64,000 bases of DNA, from contig CAZNIG010000007.1 in assembly GCA_964573055.1 (NCBI GenBank), positions 11,545 through 75,544 on the forward strand, written 5' to 3'. This document shows, piece after piece, positions 28,744 to 38,725 of this stretch; position 1 is the stretch's first letter; each line of letters starts with the position of its first letter. The stretch is from an uncultured Dehalococcoidia bacterium (GTDB taxonomy: Bacteria; Chloroflexota; Dehalococcoidia; Lucifugimonadales; UBA2985). The notes beneath the pieces are model-generated. The model saw nothing but the letters and a program-made list of their open reading frames with translations, made no database searches and was not told the origin of the DNA. The position numbers and the translations under genes were made by a program.

Positions 28744-29952
28744 ATGACAAATATAACCAAAAAAGAAAATAGTATAGTTTGCCAGAACCTCTATAAGGTA
28801 TTCGGGCAAAATCCTATTCATCTATTGAATTCTCTATCCGATACCGAATCAAGTGGTGAATTTCTTGCCAGGACTGGCGCAGTCATAGCAGTTCGCAATG
28901 TCTCGTTCGAGGTCGCGGTTGGCGAGACGTTTGTCATAATGGGCCTCTCTGGCAGCGGCAAATCCACATTGGTGCGCTGCATTAGCCGTCTAATAGAGGC
29001 AACAAGTGGAGAGATATGGGTAGACGGTGACCAGGTGAACAGGATGGACCGCAGGGATTTGCAAAATTTCCGGCGACATAAAGTAGCCATGGTGTTCCAA
29101 CACTTTGGGAATTTGCCCCATAAAAATGTATTAGACAACGTAGCATACGGATTAGAAATCCAGGGACTCGATCGTTCTGTGAGAACAAAGAGAGCCATGG
29201 AGACAATAGAGCTTGTTGGACTTGCAGGGCGAGAACATAACTACCCACATGAGCTAAGCGGTGGGATGCAACAAAGAGTTGGCCTAGCGCGTGCGCTTGT
29301 AGTGGATCCAGACATTTTATTATTCGATGAACCATTTAGCGCACTGGACCCCCTAATAAGACGCGAGATGCAAGACGAATTGTTGAATCTACAAAAACAG
29401 GTTAAAAAAACCATAGTCTTCATTACACACGACATTATAGAGGCGGTTAAACTCGGAGATAGGATAGCTATAATGAAGGATGGAGAGTTCATACAGGTCG
29501 GCACTCCATCAGCGGTGATTATGAATCCATCCGATAGTTATGTGAGAGATTTCGTCGAAGATGTGCCCAGATCAAAAGTGCTTAAAGCTTCATCTATAAC
29601 TACTCCTATAGACACACTCAAGCTCGACCAAATTGATGAATTTAACACATCTAGAGACTTTCGCGAGGACCAATCTCTCATCTGTTTGGTGGACACCAAC
29701 CACAGACTAGTCGGGGTAACCAGCCGTGATAAGATAGCTATAGCCTCCCAACAAATTAAAAAAGACAGCCTATCTCAGCTAATACTTAATCCAGACTCTT
29801 TTTGCCATATTGACGATTCTTTGGAAACGGTGCTACAGAGACTCAGTCGAAACAATGACCAGATTATCGTAGTTGACAATGAAAGACGCGTTGTAGGGAA
29901 AATAACAACACGTGACGCGGTGGCGTCTATTGTTCCAAATGCATCCAGTTAG
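28744..29952 (+). CDS. proV: Glycine betaine/proline-type ABC transporter ATP-binding protein with C-terminal CBS pair
   Basis: Walker A GLSGSGKST, signature LSGGMQQRV, Walker B LLFDEPFSALD, then a CBS-like tail. Confidence 0.9.
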   Translation: MTNITKKENSIVCQNLYKVFGQNPIHLLNSLSDTESSGEFLARTGAVIAVRNVSFEVAVGETFVIMGLSGSGKSTLVRCISRLIEATSGEIWVDGDQVNRMDRRDLQNFRRHKVAMVFQHFGNLPHKNVLDNVAYGLEIQGLDRSVRTKRAMETIELVGLAGREHNYPHELSGGMQQRVGLARALVVDPDILLFDEPFSALDPLIRREMQDELLNLQKQVKKTIVFITHDIIEAVKLGDRIAIMKDGEFIQVGTPSAVIMNPSDSYVRDFVEDVPRSKVLKASSITTPIDTLKLDQIDEFNTSRDFREDQSLICLVDTNHRLVGVTSRDKIAIASQQIKKDSLSQLILNPDSFCHIDDSLETVLQRLSRNNDQIIVVDNERRVVGKITTRDAVASIVPNASS

Positions 29953-29964
29953 AAACTCGCAGGT

Positions 29965-31962
29965 ATGACTTATAGAATGATTATCCTGAACCTAAGGTCA
30001 AATACCAATGCATTGAAAGCAATTATGTCATTCGTGGTCCTTGTTGCAGTGTATGGTGTAGGCTATGTCTTGTTCAAGAAAGATGCTGATTACCAAGTGT
30101 CTGAGTTCCCGTATCAAATCGACAAGGAAATTATTGACAAGGCGGGCGACTGGTTGAAAGAAACCGGAGAAAACGCGTCATGGATATTCGACCCGATATC
30201 AAACTTCATCAACCTTACGGTATCGGCTATAGAAAACGGACTCACATCATTGCCATGGGTAACAATTATTTTCGTAATTGCCGCTGTAGCACTCAGGTTT
30301 TCTGGAGTCAGATTAGCGTTGTTCTGTTCAGCCAGCCTAACTTTTGTCAATCTCATTGGGCTATGGGAGTCACTTCTCATTACCTCCAGTCTTATCATTA
30401 CATCCGTAACCATATCACTGGGTTTCGGCATTCCCCTTGGTATAGCTGCCGCTTTGAGCAACAGGTTCGAAAGAATCATTAGACCCATTTTGGACGTAAT
30501 GCAAGTCATGCCATCATTCGTATATTTAATACCCGCATTAATACTATTTGGTGTTGGAAGCGCAGTTTCAGTAGCCCTTACTGTAGTATACTCTGTCCCT
30601 CCTGCTATACGGCTTACAAATCTTGGCATACGAGAAGTGCCATATGAAATACTGGAAACCGCCAAATCCTACGGATCTACTCATATTCAAACGTTGCGCC
30701 AAATACAAATTCCTTTAGCCAAACCATCGATAATGATGGGCGTAAATCAAACAATCATGATGGCATTAGCTATGGTGATCATAACAGCAGTTGTAGGTTC
30801 TAGTGGACTTGGTAAGGACGTATGGTACGCCCTACGTACCATAAACACTGGAAATGGGTTAGAGGCAGGAATAGCGATAGTAATCATTGCAATGGTGCTT
30901 GATAGAATAAGCTATGCCCTGACAATCAATAAGCGACTTTCTCAAAGCAGTTCGCCAATTAATTTTCCTTTTGTTAGTTATCTTGGATCATTTTGGGAGA
31001 GAGCTATAGGCACAATCCCCAGTAATATTAAGTTTGTAAATAACAGACGGATTGTCTTTTTCTTGTTAACAATCACCATAACCATCGCAGCCAAAGCGTT
31101 CCATTTCAGCGAATTTCCGAGTTCTCTGCATTTCAGCTTTGCAGGCCCGGTTAACAGTTTGGTTGATTGGGCTACAGTAAACTTATATTTCATAACCAGC
31201 TGGTTACGCGACAGCGTCATAAGAGAGTTCGCACTTGGGCCTATTGATAGTATCTTAACGTCCACTCCCTGGTGGATATTCTTGACCTTCATAGTCGTCT
31301 GTGCTTATCTTCGGGGCGGAATCAGTGTTGCAATTTTATCCATCACAGGAACAATCTTCCTTGCCTCTACAGGAATATGGGAAGAAGCAATGGAGACCCT
31401 GAGCCAAGTATTGGCCTCAGTCGCAATTGCAGCAATTCTTGGAATATCTATAGGCATGATTGCTTCTCAAAGTAATGCAGTGGCTTCCTCTCTTAGGCCA
31501 ATACTTGATACAATGCAGACCATGCCGGTATTCGTGTACTTGATACCGGTCATAATGCTTTGGAGCGCGGGACCGATCGCGAGTGTTATAGCCACTGTAA
31601 TCTATGCAATGCCGCCAGCTATTAGAATGACTGATCTAGGGATCCGCTTGGTTTCGGGTGAATTTATTGAGACAGGTGAGTCTTACGGAGCCAATCGTTG
31701 GCAGATACTAAAGGGAATCCAACTCCCTCTAGCAGCACCAACTATAATGCTTGGGGTAAATCAATCAGTAATGATGACCCTTGCGATGGTTATAGTAGGG
31801 GGACTTGTAGGCGGTGGGGGCTTGGGTCAAGAGGTTTATGTGGCGACACTATATCTAAGAATGGGCGATGGACTAGTAAGCGGATTCGGGATCGTCTTCA
31901 TGGCTATGATTCTCGATAGAATCACTCAACCAAAAGGCGCTTATAAGATGGCCTCGGTATGA
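29965..31962 (+). CDS. proW: Betaine-type ABC transporter permease, tandem fusion of two ProW-like domains
   Basis: Two homologous halves each carry the EAA-type region (RPILDVMQVMPSFVYLIPALILFG...YSVPPAIRLTNLGIREVP...AKSYGST and RPILDTMQTMPVFVYLIPVIMLWS...YAMPPAIRMTDLGIRLVS...GESYGAN). Confidence 0.85.
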   Translation: MTYRMIILNLRSNTNALKAIMSFVVLVAVYGVGYVLFKKDADYQVSEFPYQIDKEIIDKAGDWLKETGENASWIFDPISNFINLTVSAIENGLTSLPWVTIIFVIAAVALRFSGVRLALFCSASLTFVNLIGLWESLLITSSLIITSVTISLGFGIPLGIAAALSNRFERIIRPILDVMQVMPSFVYLIPALILFGVGSAVSVALTVVYSVPPAIRLTNLGIREVPYEILETAKSYGSTHIQTLRQIQIPLAKPSIMMGVNQTIMMALAMVIITAVVGSSGLGKDVWYALRTINTGNGLEAGIAIVIIAMVLDRISYALTINKRLSQSSSPINFPFVSYLGSFWERAIGTIPSNIKFVNNRRIVFFLLTITITIAAKAFHFSEFPSSLHFSFAGPVNSLVDWATVNLYFITSWLRDSVIREFALGPIDSILTSTPWWIFLTFIVVCAYLRGGISVAILSITGTIFLASTGIWEEAMETLSQVLASVAIAAILGISIGMIASQSNAVASSLRPILDTMQTMPVFVYLIPVIMLWSAGPIASVIATVIYAMPPAIRMTDLGIRLVSGEFIETGESYGANRWQILKGIQLPLAAPTIMLGVNQSVMMTLAMVIVGGLVGGGGLGQEVYVATLYLRMGDGLVSGFGIVFMAMILDRITQPKGAYKMASV

Positions 31963-32047
31963 AACAGAAGGTCGAGTTCGGCTACAGGTTCTACACATAT
32001 GCTGCAGGTCATGTAGAAACACATACTGCCAAAATAGGAGGTTAGAT

Positions 32048-33028
32048 TTGAGCAGAATATTTGGAATCAGGTATATCTTAGTTTTGGGATTGATCGGCAT
32101 TCTCACTGCTGCTATTAACATCGGATGTAGCACATTAACCGGTGGTGAAAGTAAAGGCCCGGTAATCTTAGTTGAGCAAGACTGGGATGGGAACCTAGTC
32201 ACTACTGCCCTAGCAAAGTTGATCTTAGAAGAAGAGATGGATTACACGGTGGAAACTAAATTTGCACCCGCAGATTCTGCGCAGCTATTCGAAGGATTAG
32301 CATCTGGGGAAATGCATTGGGTTTGTTGCAATTGGCCAAGCTTCAGTGGGGCTTTACTAGAAGAATATGCAGATACAGGAAAAGTTTCCAGATCTGGACA
32401 AACAGGTATCAAAGGTACTAGCCATGTATATGTTCCAAGATATGTTATTGAAGGAGATTCCGAGCGAGGTATCGCTCCAATGGCCCCGGATCTCAAGACT
32501 CACAATGATCTAAACAAATACAAGGAATTGTTTGCAACTGCTGATACAAGTCCAAAGGGCAGATTCGTTGACTTTACGCCTGGATGGGATTACAGAAACG
32601 AAGAACGCCTTGCAGCACTAGGCATAGACTATGAAGTGGTATTCACTGGATCAGAAGCAGCTAGTTTTGCGGAGCTTGATGCCGCACATAAAAGAGGTGA
32701 GCCTATATTACTCGTGATCTGGACACCTCATTGGGCTCCTGTAAAATACGATTTAGTTCCAATCGAATTCCCGCTTCACCCTGATTGTTACCCAGTAACC
32801 GAGAAGTTTGACTGCGGATACAATGTTGATGACGTGTACAAGCTGACATGGCCAGGACTTGAAGAAGATATGCCAACGGCTTACCAATTCCTAAAGAACT
32901 TCCAGATAACAAATAATCAGCAAACTGCGATGGTCATTGGCAAGACAGATGAAGGCCAGACTGACATAGAGGCAGCGCGGGCATGGAAAGATGCCAACCA
33001 GGACGTTTGGAAGGCTTGGATCCCATAA
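32048..33028 (+). CDS. proX: Glycine betaine-type ABC transporter substrate-binding lipoprotein
   Basis: Signal peptide with lipobox (AINIGC). OpuAC-type features (WDGNLVTTALAKLILEE, VIWTPHWAP). TTG start with AGGAGGT upstream. Confidence 0.85.
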   Translation: MSRIFGIRYILVLGLIGILTAAINIGCSTLTGGESKGPVILVEQDWDGNLVTTALAKLILEEEMDYTVETKFAPADSAQLFEGLASGEMHWVCCNWPSFSGALLEEYADTGKVSRSGQTGIKGTSHVYVPRYVIEGDSERGIAPMAPDLKTHNDLNKYKELFATADTSPKGRFVDFTPGWDYRNEERLAALGIDYEVVFTGSEAASFAELDAAHKRGEPILLVIWTPHWAPVKYDLVPIEFPLHPDCYPVTEKFDCGYNVDDVYKLTWPGLEEDMPTAYQFLKNFQITNNQQTAMVIGKTDEGQTDIEAARAWKDANQDVWKAWIP

Positions 33029-33053
33029 CTAAATACAGCAGCTAATACTAGCG

Positions 33054-33099
33054 CCTACCCGGATCGTATTTGGATGTCTGACACTAGGATTCGGGTAGG
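33054..33099 (+). terminator. Long hairpin after proX (possible terminator or attenuator, no U-tract)
   Basis: 12-bp stem CCTACCCGGATC / GATTCGGGTAGG (one G-U) with a 22-nt loop, between the proX stop (33028) and the next start (33111). Confidence 0.3.
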
Positions 33100-33110
33100 T
33101 CATAACAAGT

Positions 33111-33815
33111 ATGAATTTGGGGGGTGTTGACGTGCAAAATGCTTCGGATGCTTTCTACAGTAAAAATGCTCAGCGCTATTCGGAAGTCGTGCATGAATAT
33201 ATACAATCTGTATACTCTAACGTCTCCCATCCAGGACTAACAGGCGATCCGGCCGTGCGAGAAAGAATGAAAGAACTCATTCCACCACAATCCACTGGAC
33301 TAGACGCTGGCTGTGGAGCAGGTGCCCGTGATGTATTCTTGTATTGGCAAGATGGTTACGATATCCGGGGATTCGACGCAGTCCCTGAAAATATTCAGCT
33401 AGCCAAGGACATACACCCGGAAATCGCAGATAACCTATGGGTTGGCGACCTTAGCAAGCCTATCAAATATCCAGATGGCCACTTCGATTTCGTCACCTGC
33501 AACGCAGTCATCCAACATATACCACCAGAGTTAGTAAAGAGCACAACCATACCAGAATTAACAAGAGTACTTAAACCTGCTGGCATCCTTCAATTGATGT
33601 TCAAGGTTGGCGAAGGAATGAAAGAAGTATATGACAAAGATTACGACGCGGCCAGGAGCTTTCAGCTATACAGTGCCACTGATATAGTCCACTTACTGTC
33701 CGAATTGAGCATGACTATCATAGAAGAGAAGAATGGCAAGCTTGGAGGGGTAATGTACTTCACAGACACAAAACCGGTCGAGCATTGTCTAATATACGCA
33801 CAAAAGACAGGTTAA
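33111..33815 (+). CDS. Class I SAM-dependent methyltransferase
   Basis: Motif I GLDAGCGAGARD, motif II FDFVTCNAVIQH, LKPAGIL. Confidence 0.75.
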   Translation: MNLGGVDVQNASDAFYSKNAQRYSEVVHEYIQSVYSNVSHPGLTGDPAVRERMKELIPPQSTGLDAGCGAGARDVFLYWQDGYDIRGFDAVPENIQLAKDIHPEIADNLWVGDLSKPIKYPDGHFDFVTCNAVIQHIPPELVKSTTIPELTRVLKPAGILQLMFKVGEGMKEVYDKDYDAARSFQLYSATDIVHLLSELSMTIIEEKNGKLGGVMYFTDTKPVEHCLIYAQKTG

Positions 33816-33875
33816 CATCCAAGCACGCGGAATAAAGCCAGCAGGTTACAATCGTTCATAGCACCATATCAGGAC

Positions 33876-35000
33876 TTGCCTAACCTATCTATAAGAATTG
33901 TAATGACAAATATCCAACAACCCCGCAAGTTAATGGACGTAGATCTCTCGTGGTTAAACTATGTCCTAAATCCAAATCGCCTTCCGCACGTACCGGTCGC
34001 GATCAACTACTCAACAGCGATAATTGGAGAAGGCAAAGGTTTTATGAACCAGATTGCCCGCGTTAACATTAAATACGATGTTCAGAACACAACCCTTCCA
34101 GCATCTGTGATAATTAAGTTTGCCTCAGAAGACGAATACTTGAAACATATTACTCACACATTTCAAACAGACCAAAGAGAAATCAAGTTCTACGAGACCA
34201 TTGCGCCCACTGCTATCCTCGACACCCCTCAGGTTTACTTCAGCGATATCGACCAACAAACTGGAACTACCTTGCTTGTCATAGAAGACCTCATAAACTC
34301 AAGGCAGGGGGATAGCGTCCAAGGGTGCTCACTGACTGATGCGAGCGTAGCGATTAACCAAATAGCTAGATTCCATTCGTCATGGTGGCAAAATCCGGCA
34401 TTAATGGAGTTGGATTGGCTACCGCTAAGATGCAACGAAACTGAGCCTTATCACGATATTTATCCCGACGCCTGGGAAGCATTGAAAGTCAAGGCCGGGC
34501 AATTTATGACCACACGATTACTCGACTTAGGCCAACTACTAAGAGGCCATATAGAAGAGATAAAGACTCGTCTCACTCAACGCCCGAGGACTATAACGCA
34601 TGGGGATTATAGGTTAGACAATTTGTTCTTTAGAGATACCGTAAATGAACGACCCTTAGTAGTGTTCGATTGGGAGTACTGTAGTATCGGCAGGGGCACC
34701 TTCGACGTCGCGACCTTCATAAACGAGGCTTTTACTCCCAAACTCCGCAGAAACCACGAAATGGAACTGCTAACCATGTATCACGAGCTCCTCATGAAGA
34801 ACGGGGTTGATGATTACACATTCGAAGAATGCTTGATAGACTATCGAATTTCCATACTAGAAATATTCATATTCTGGGTAGTAGTTGGCGGATACTGCGA
34901 TTATGAAGACGCCAGAGGAAGCGCCTACCTAGCCAATGCATGTGAAAAATTTAATGCTTCCGTTCATGACCTAGACTGTACCTCACTGCTTTCAACCTAG
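33876..35000 (+). CDS. Phosphotransferase (APH/choline-kinase/EcKinase-like) family protein
   Basis: Catalytic loop ITHGDYRLDNLFF and metal-binding VVFDWEY. The start is uncertain: TTG 33876, ATG 33903 or ATG 33933. Confidence 0.7.
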   Translation: MPNLSIRIVMTNIQQPRKLMDVDLSWLNYVLNPNRLPHVPVAINYSTAIIGEGKGFMNQIARVNIKYDVQNTTLPASVIIKFASEDEYLKHITHTFQTDQREIKFYETIAPTAILDTPQVYFSDIDQQTGTTLLVIEDLINSRQGDSVQGCSLTDASVAINQIARFHSSWWQNPALMELDWLPLRCNETEPYHDIYPDAWEALKVKAGQFMTTRLLDLGQLLRGHIEEIKTRLTQRPRTITHGDYRLDNLFFRDTVNERPLVVFDWEYCSIGRGTFDVATFINEAFTPKLRRNHEMELLTMYHELLMKNGVDDYTFEECLIDYRISILEIFIFWVVVGGYCDYEDARGSAYLANACEKFNASVHDLDCTSLLST

Positions 35001-35042
35001 CCACAACAACACCATTTGTGCATTAATAGCTAGATTGATTAC

Positions 35043-37223
35043 CTAAGATGATTTTGTCCATAATCGACGCGGATTCAGATTAGGACACCACCAATTCAAA
35101 TCCCCCATTACCCTCATAATGGCTGGGACCATCAGGGCCCTTACCAAAGTAGCATCAATCAATATCGCCAACCCAAGTCCAACTCCGAACATTTTTACTA
35201 TCACGATATCAGCCAGAGCAAAAGAACCGCACACCAAAATCATTACTAAGGCTGCACTGGTAATAATTCTCCCAGTCCTTTCTAAACCTAATGCAACACT
35301 AGCCGTATTGTTTCCGTTTTCGTCATACAGTTCTTTGACCCTGCTGAGTAGGAATACTTCGTAATCCATGCTGATGCCAAAAGTAATACAGAAGAGCACA
35401 ATTGGCATGATCGCATCTGTGTAGCCCATTGATTCGAAGCCCAGTACACCTTGTAGGTTCCCCTCCTGGAATATGAATACCAAGGCACCATATGTTGCAA
35501 AAATACTCAGGCCATTCATAATTACGGCTTTTAACGGCAGTACAATGGACCTAAACAGGCTAAACAGGGCAATATATATAGTGACTAAGACGTATATTAT
35601 AGCTACAGGGAAAGATCCATAAATTACATCTATGCTATCCATCAAATCAGCGGTCCCACCTGTTACATACATCTTCAGATCGCCCCCAACCGACATTGAC
35701 CGTATGGACTGGACCAACTCCTTGGTATCATCATGCATGATTTCCTCAGACGGAACCACCTTGATGAAAGTCGCCTTCTCTGAGGAGATTTGCCCTACTG
35801 CTCGAGACATTTCAAGGTTTGCTGAATATAGGTTCCCAGAGAAAAGTTCTTGATATTCTTCTAGACTCAAATTTGGAGCTATCGATAATATGCTCTCAGT
35901 TCTAATAACCGACGGATGATTTTTTAGCTGCTCAACCAGGTCATAAATTACAGCGATATTCTTTTCCGCCAAAACTCTGGTTTGAGATTTGTATACCACC
36001 AATATAGGCGAAGTTTCGCCTGGGCCGATCTCTCGATTGAGTATATCGAACCCTTCTCTCGATTCCACCTCTGGTGGTAGTATGCTAGCCCATGGGGCTC
36101 CCAATTTCACCCCAAGAAATGGCACCGCAAGCAGAATCAACAAAGTAGTCAAAGGCACAATCACGCGTATCGGGTTACGCATCACCCAGTTCGCCAAACC
36201 ACTCCAAAATCCGTGTATACCTACTGATATTTTGACCAATCTCAAAGAATTAACACGATTACCCAGTGTTGCGATAATTGCAGGAAGCAGGCTCATGGCT
36301 GCACACAAGGAAAGGACCATAACCGTAACACCGCCAATACCTAGTGACCTTAACATCATAAAATCGAATAAAAGAAGTCCTGACAGGCCCAGAATGGACG
36401 TTACAGCTGAAAACAATACCGACTTGCCGGCGGTTGCCATGGTTCTTGCCAGAGCTTCATCTACCGCGTGACCGGAAAATTCCTCTCGAAACCTACTAAC
36501 AACCAAGAGTGAATAATCCACGGCAACCCCTAGCCCAAGCAAGGTGGCAATGTTCAACACAAAAATAGATATGTCCGTCACCTGAGCAAGTAAATACACT
36601 AATGAGGAGGTGATAACAATACTCACAACACCTATAATTACCGGCAATCCTGCTGCTACTACACTTCCGAATACCACAATCAATACAATCAAAATAACAG
36701 GGAAAGCTACTGATTCTGCCCGCCTAAGGTCATGTTCACTCACGACGTTCATATCGTAGAATATTGGTATACCACCAGTGGTCCATAGCCCCAGAATATC
36801 GGATGTTATTCCTTCTCTTAAACGGGAAACCATATTCATCGCATCGTCTACAGAGACATCCATGTAAACGATTGCATAGATCGTCTGCCCGTCTTCTGAA
36901 ACCATGAATTGGTCACCTGAGTTATATGGAGTTATGGACATTGTGATAGTCGCCTCTGAATGCATTAGACTGCTCAACACCCGCTCGACCTCGTTCTGGA
37001 ATACTGGGTCTGAATAAACCAGATCTGGACTATTGAACACCAATGTGATGGAAGACTTAGCGAAACCCAGATCCTGATCCAGGATATCGACTCCTAATTG
37101 TGACTCCGTATTTGTCTCACCAAACCCACTGCTTAATTCCGAGGAAACCAACCTACCGAAAGGCAATGATAAGGCCAGTAGTAATATCCATAGGGATATT
37201 ACCCACCACTTCCACCGGAACAT
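35043..37223 (-). CDS. MMPL-family (RND superfamily) membrane transporter
   Basis: Two 6-TM bundles, each followed by a soluble loop, about 730 aa. MMPL-like segments (AGKSVLFSAVTSILGL..., TGRIITSAALVMI...). ATG 37223 is preferred. The ORF is open from TTG 37247. Confidence 0.85.
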   Translation of the reverse strand: MFRWKWWVISLWILLLALSLPFGRLVSSELSSGFGETNTESQLGVDILDQDLGFAKSSITLVFNSPDLVYSDPVFQNEVERVLSSLMHSEATITMSITPYNSGDQFMVSEDGQTIYAIVYMDVSVDDAMNMVSRLREGITSDILGLWTTGGIPIFYDMNVVSEHDLRRAESVAFPVILIVLIVVFGSVVAAGLPVIIGVVSIVITSSLVYLLAQVTDISIFVLNIATLLGLGVAVDYSLLVVSRFREEFSGHAVDEALARTMATAGKSVLFSAVTSILGLSGLLLFDFMMLRSLGIGGVTVMVLSLCAAMSLLPAIIATLGNRVNSLRLVKISVGIHGFWSGLANWVMRNPIRVIVPLTTLLILLAVPFLGVKLGAPWASILPPEVESREGFDILNREIGPGETSPILVVYKSQTRVLAEKNIAVIYDLVEQLKNHPSVIRTESILSIAPNLSLEEYQELFSGNLYSANLEMSRAVGQISSEKATFIKVVPSEEIMHDDTKELVQSIRSMSVGGDLKMYVTGGTADLMDSIDVIYGSFPVAIIYVLVTIYIALFSLFRSIVLPLKAVIMNGLSIFATYGALVFIFQEGNLQGVLGFESMGYTDAIMPIVLFCITFGISMDYEVFLLSRVKELYDENGNNTASVALGLERTGRIITSAALVMILVCGSFALADIVIVKMFGVGLGLAILIDATLVRALMVPAIMRVMGDLNWWCPNLNPRRLWTKSS

Positions 37224-37386
37224 CAATATACCCCAACTATATAGCAATCTTTGATTCTCTCTTAGGAAATGTCATTTCTGTAACTGCTTACCAGCCCCCC
37301 GAGACCATGTAGATTCGTTACCAAACCGACATGATGCCGCTATATTAACGCCGGGGGATATGCCGCACAAATTTCGCTCTGAGTGG

Positions 37387-38184
37387 TTAATACCAAAGAA
37401 TCCCTGTAAAGTTTGTACCCAAGGACAGATCTGATCCTAGAGCTAATCCTAGGGCAATGCTAAGCAAACCAGCGATTGCAATTACAGTATTACCCACGCT
37501 ATTTGACCTTGAGGATAAAACAAACGGGATCGACAACAATATCGTCATTATCGCCATGCTAATCATAGTGCCTATAGAGAAAAATACTAGAAATGCTATC
37601 CCCGTAGAAAAATCTGGGGTGGCAGCCAATATCCCTACAAGAACAGCCGCACTGCCAGCTAACCCATGTACGACCCCAATCGCATAAGACTTTAGTCTAA
37701 AAAATGGAATCAATTCAGGAAATGGACCATGTTTACGGGCTTCGTGCGGACTTTCCTGATTGCCATCATGTCCGTGAGAGCCATGTATATGCTTGTGCAG
37801 ATCTCTATCATGTTGGTGCTGATGCACATGAAATTCGCCTTTATACATCTTCCAAAACACTTGTAGCCCCAAAAAGACCAACATCAGTGCTACACCAAAT
37901 TCGAATACCGGTGCTATAGACTCATATAAATCAATTAGGGATTCACGCGCTATTAGTATGAGAATACCCAGTACAAGTAAGGGTGTAGAATGGCCTAATC
38001 CCCAAGATACCCCTATCCACAGCCCTTTAAGAACACTGTTGTAATCGCGAGCCATCGTAGATACAGCGACCACATGATCACCGTCAGTAGAATGTCTAAG
38101 TCCAATAATCATACCCACAATAATTGCGGATAGCATCCCAGAAAAATGTACCGCTTCATGCTCCATGTAGCACATCCGCCACAA
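37387..38184 (-). CDS. NiCoT/NicO-family nickel/cobalt transporter with His-rich loop
   Basis: HX4DH signature (RHSTDGDHVVAV), LGHSTP, GLAGSAAV, and a central loop HVHQHQHDRDLHKHIHGSHGHD. The start is uncertain (TTG 38184, ATG 38175 or ATG 38166). Confidence 0.75.
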   Translation of the reverse strand: MWRMCYMEHEAVHFSGMLSAIIVGMIIGLRHSTDGDHVVAVSTMARDYNSVLKGLWIGVSWGLGHSTPLLVLGILILIARESLIDLYESIAPVFEFGVALMLVFLGLQVFWKMYKGEFHVHQHQHDRDLHKHIHGSHGHDGNQESPHEARKHGPFPELIPFFRLKSYAIGVVHGLAGSAAVLVGILAATPDFSTGIAFLVFFSIGTMISMAIMTILLSIPFVLSSRSNSVGNTVIAIAGLLSIALGLALGSDLSLGTNFTGILWY

Positions 38185-38214
38185 TGAAATTACATGGAAA
38201 ACTATTTATCCTAA

Positions 38215-38676
38215 TCATGTATCCCTTTCAAACACGCCAAAATAAGGGCTTTTTGGATTATGGCATTCCTGACAAACACCGCCTATGGTAAAGTGCTCTA
38301 AGTCTGGCTGAAAACCAAAGTTTTCAACTAAACTAGCCCTGAAAACATCAAGATATATCGGGCTTAAATCTGAGGCAGAACCGCACATGCGGCATACCAT
38401 ATGGTGGTGTACTCCAGTTGGATCAGCTAACTCGTAATGCTGTTTATCCCCTATTGAAAGTTCAGTGAGAATGCCCAGTGTCTTAAACAGTCTCACAGTA
38501 CGGTACACTGTTGCCAAATCAAGGTACGGATATGATCGCTGGGCTTGCCGGAAGATATAATCAACTCCCATATGGGCTTTGCTACCAGCGATAATAGACA
38601 GAATCAGGGTCCTCTGTGGAGTCAAGCGATAGCCTCTACTCCTTACCGCTTCAAGTATCTCTACATTTTTTGGCAC
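38215..38676 (-). CDS. Fur-family metal-responsive transcriptional regulator
   Basis: Winged-helix RLTPQRTLILSII, metal sites HHHMVCRMCG ... CQEC. GTG start with AGAGGTG upstream. Confidence 0.85.
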   Translation of the reverse strand: MPKNVEILEAVRSRGYRLTPQRTLILSIIAGSKAHMGVDYIFRQAQRSYPYLDLATVYRTVRLFKTLGILTELSIGDKQHYELADPTGVHHHMVCRMCGSASDLSPIYLDVFRASLVENFGFQPDLEHFTIGGVCQECHNPKSPYFGVFERDT

Positions 38677-38686
38677 ATCACACCTC

Positions 38687-38725
38687 TTGCAACCATTTGC
38701 AATAACAACTGTATATGAATTGCAA
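38687..38725 (-). promoter_or_regulatory. Three TTGCAA hexamers (candidate Fur-family/Nur-like operator)
   Basis: TTGCAA at 38687-38692, 38697-38702 and 38720-38725, directly upstream of the Fur-family gene start. The first two are spaced 10 bp centre to centre. Confidence 0.4.
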
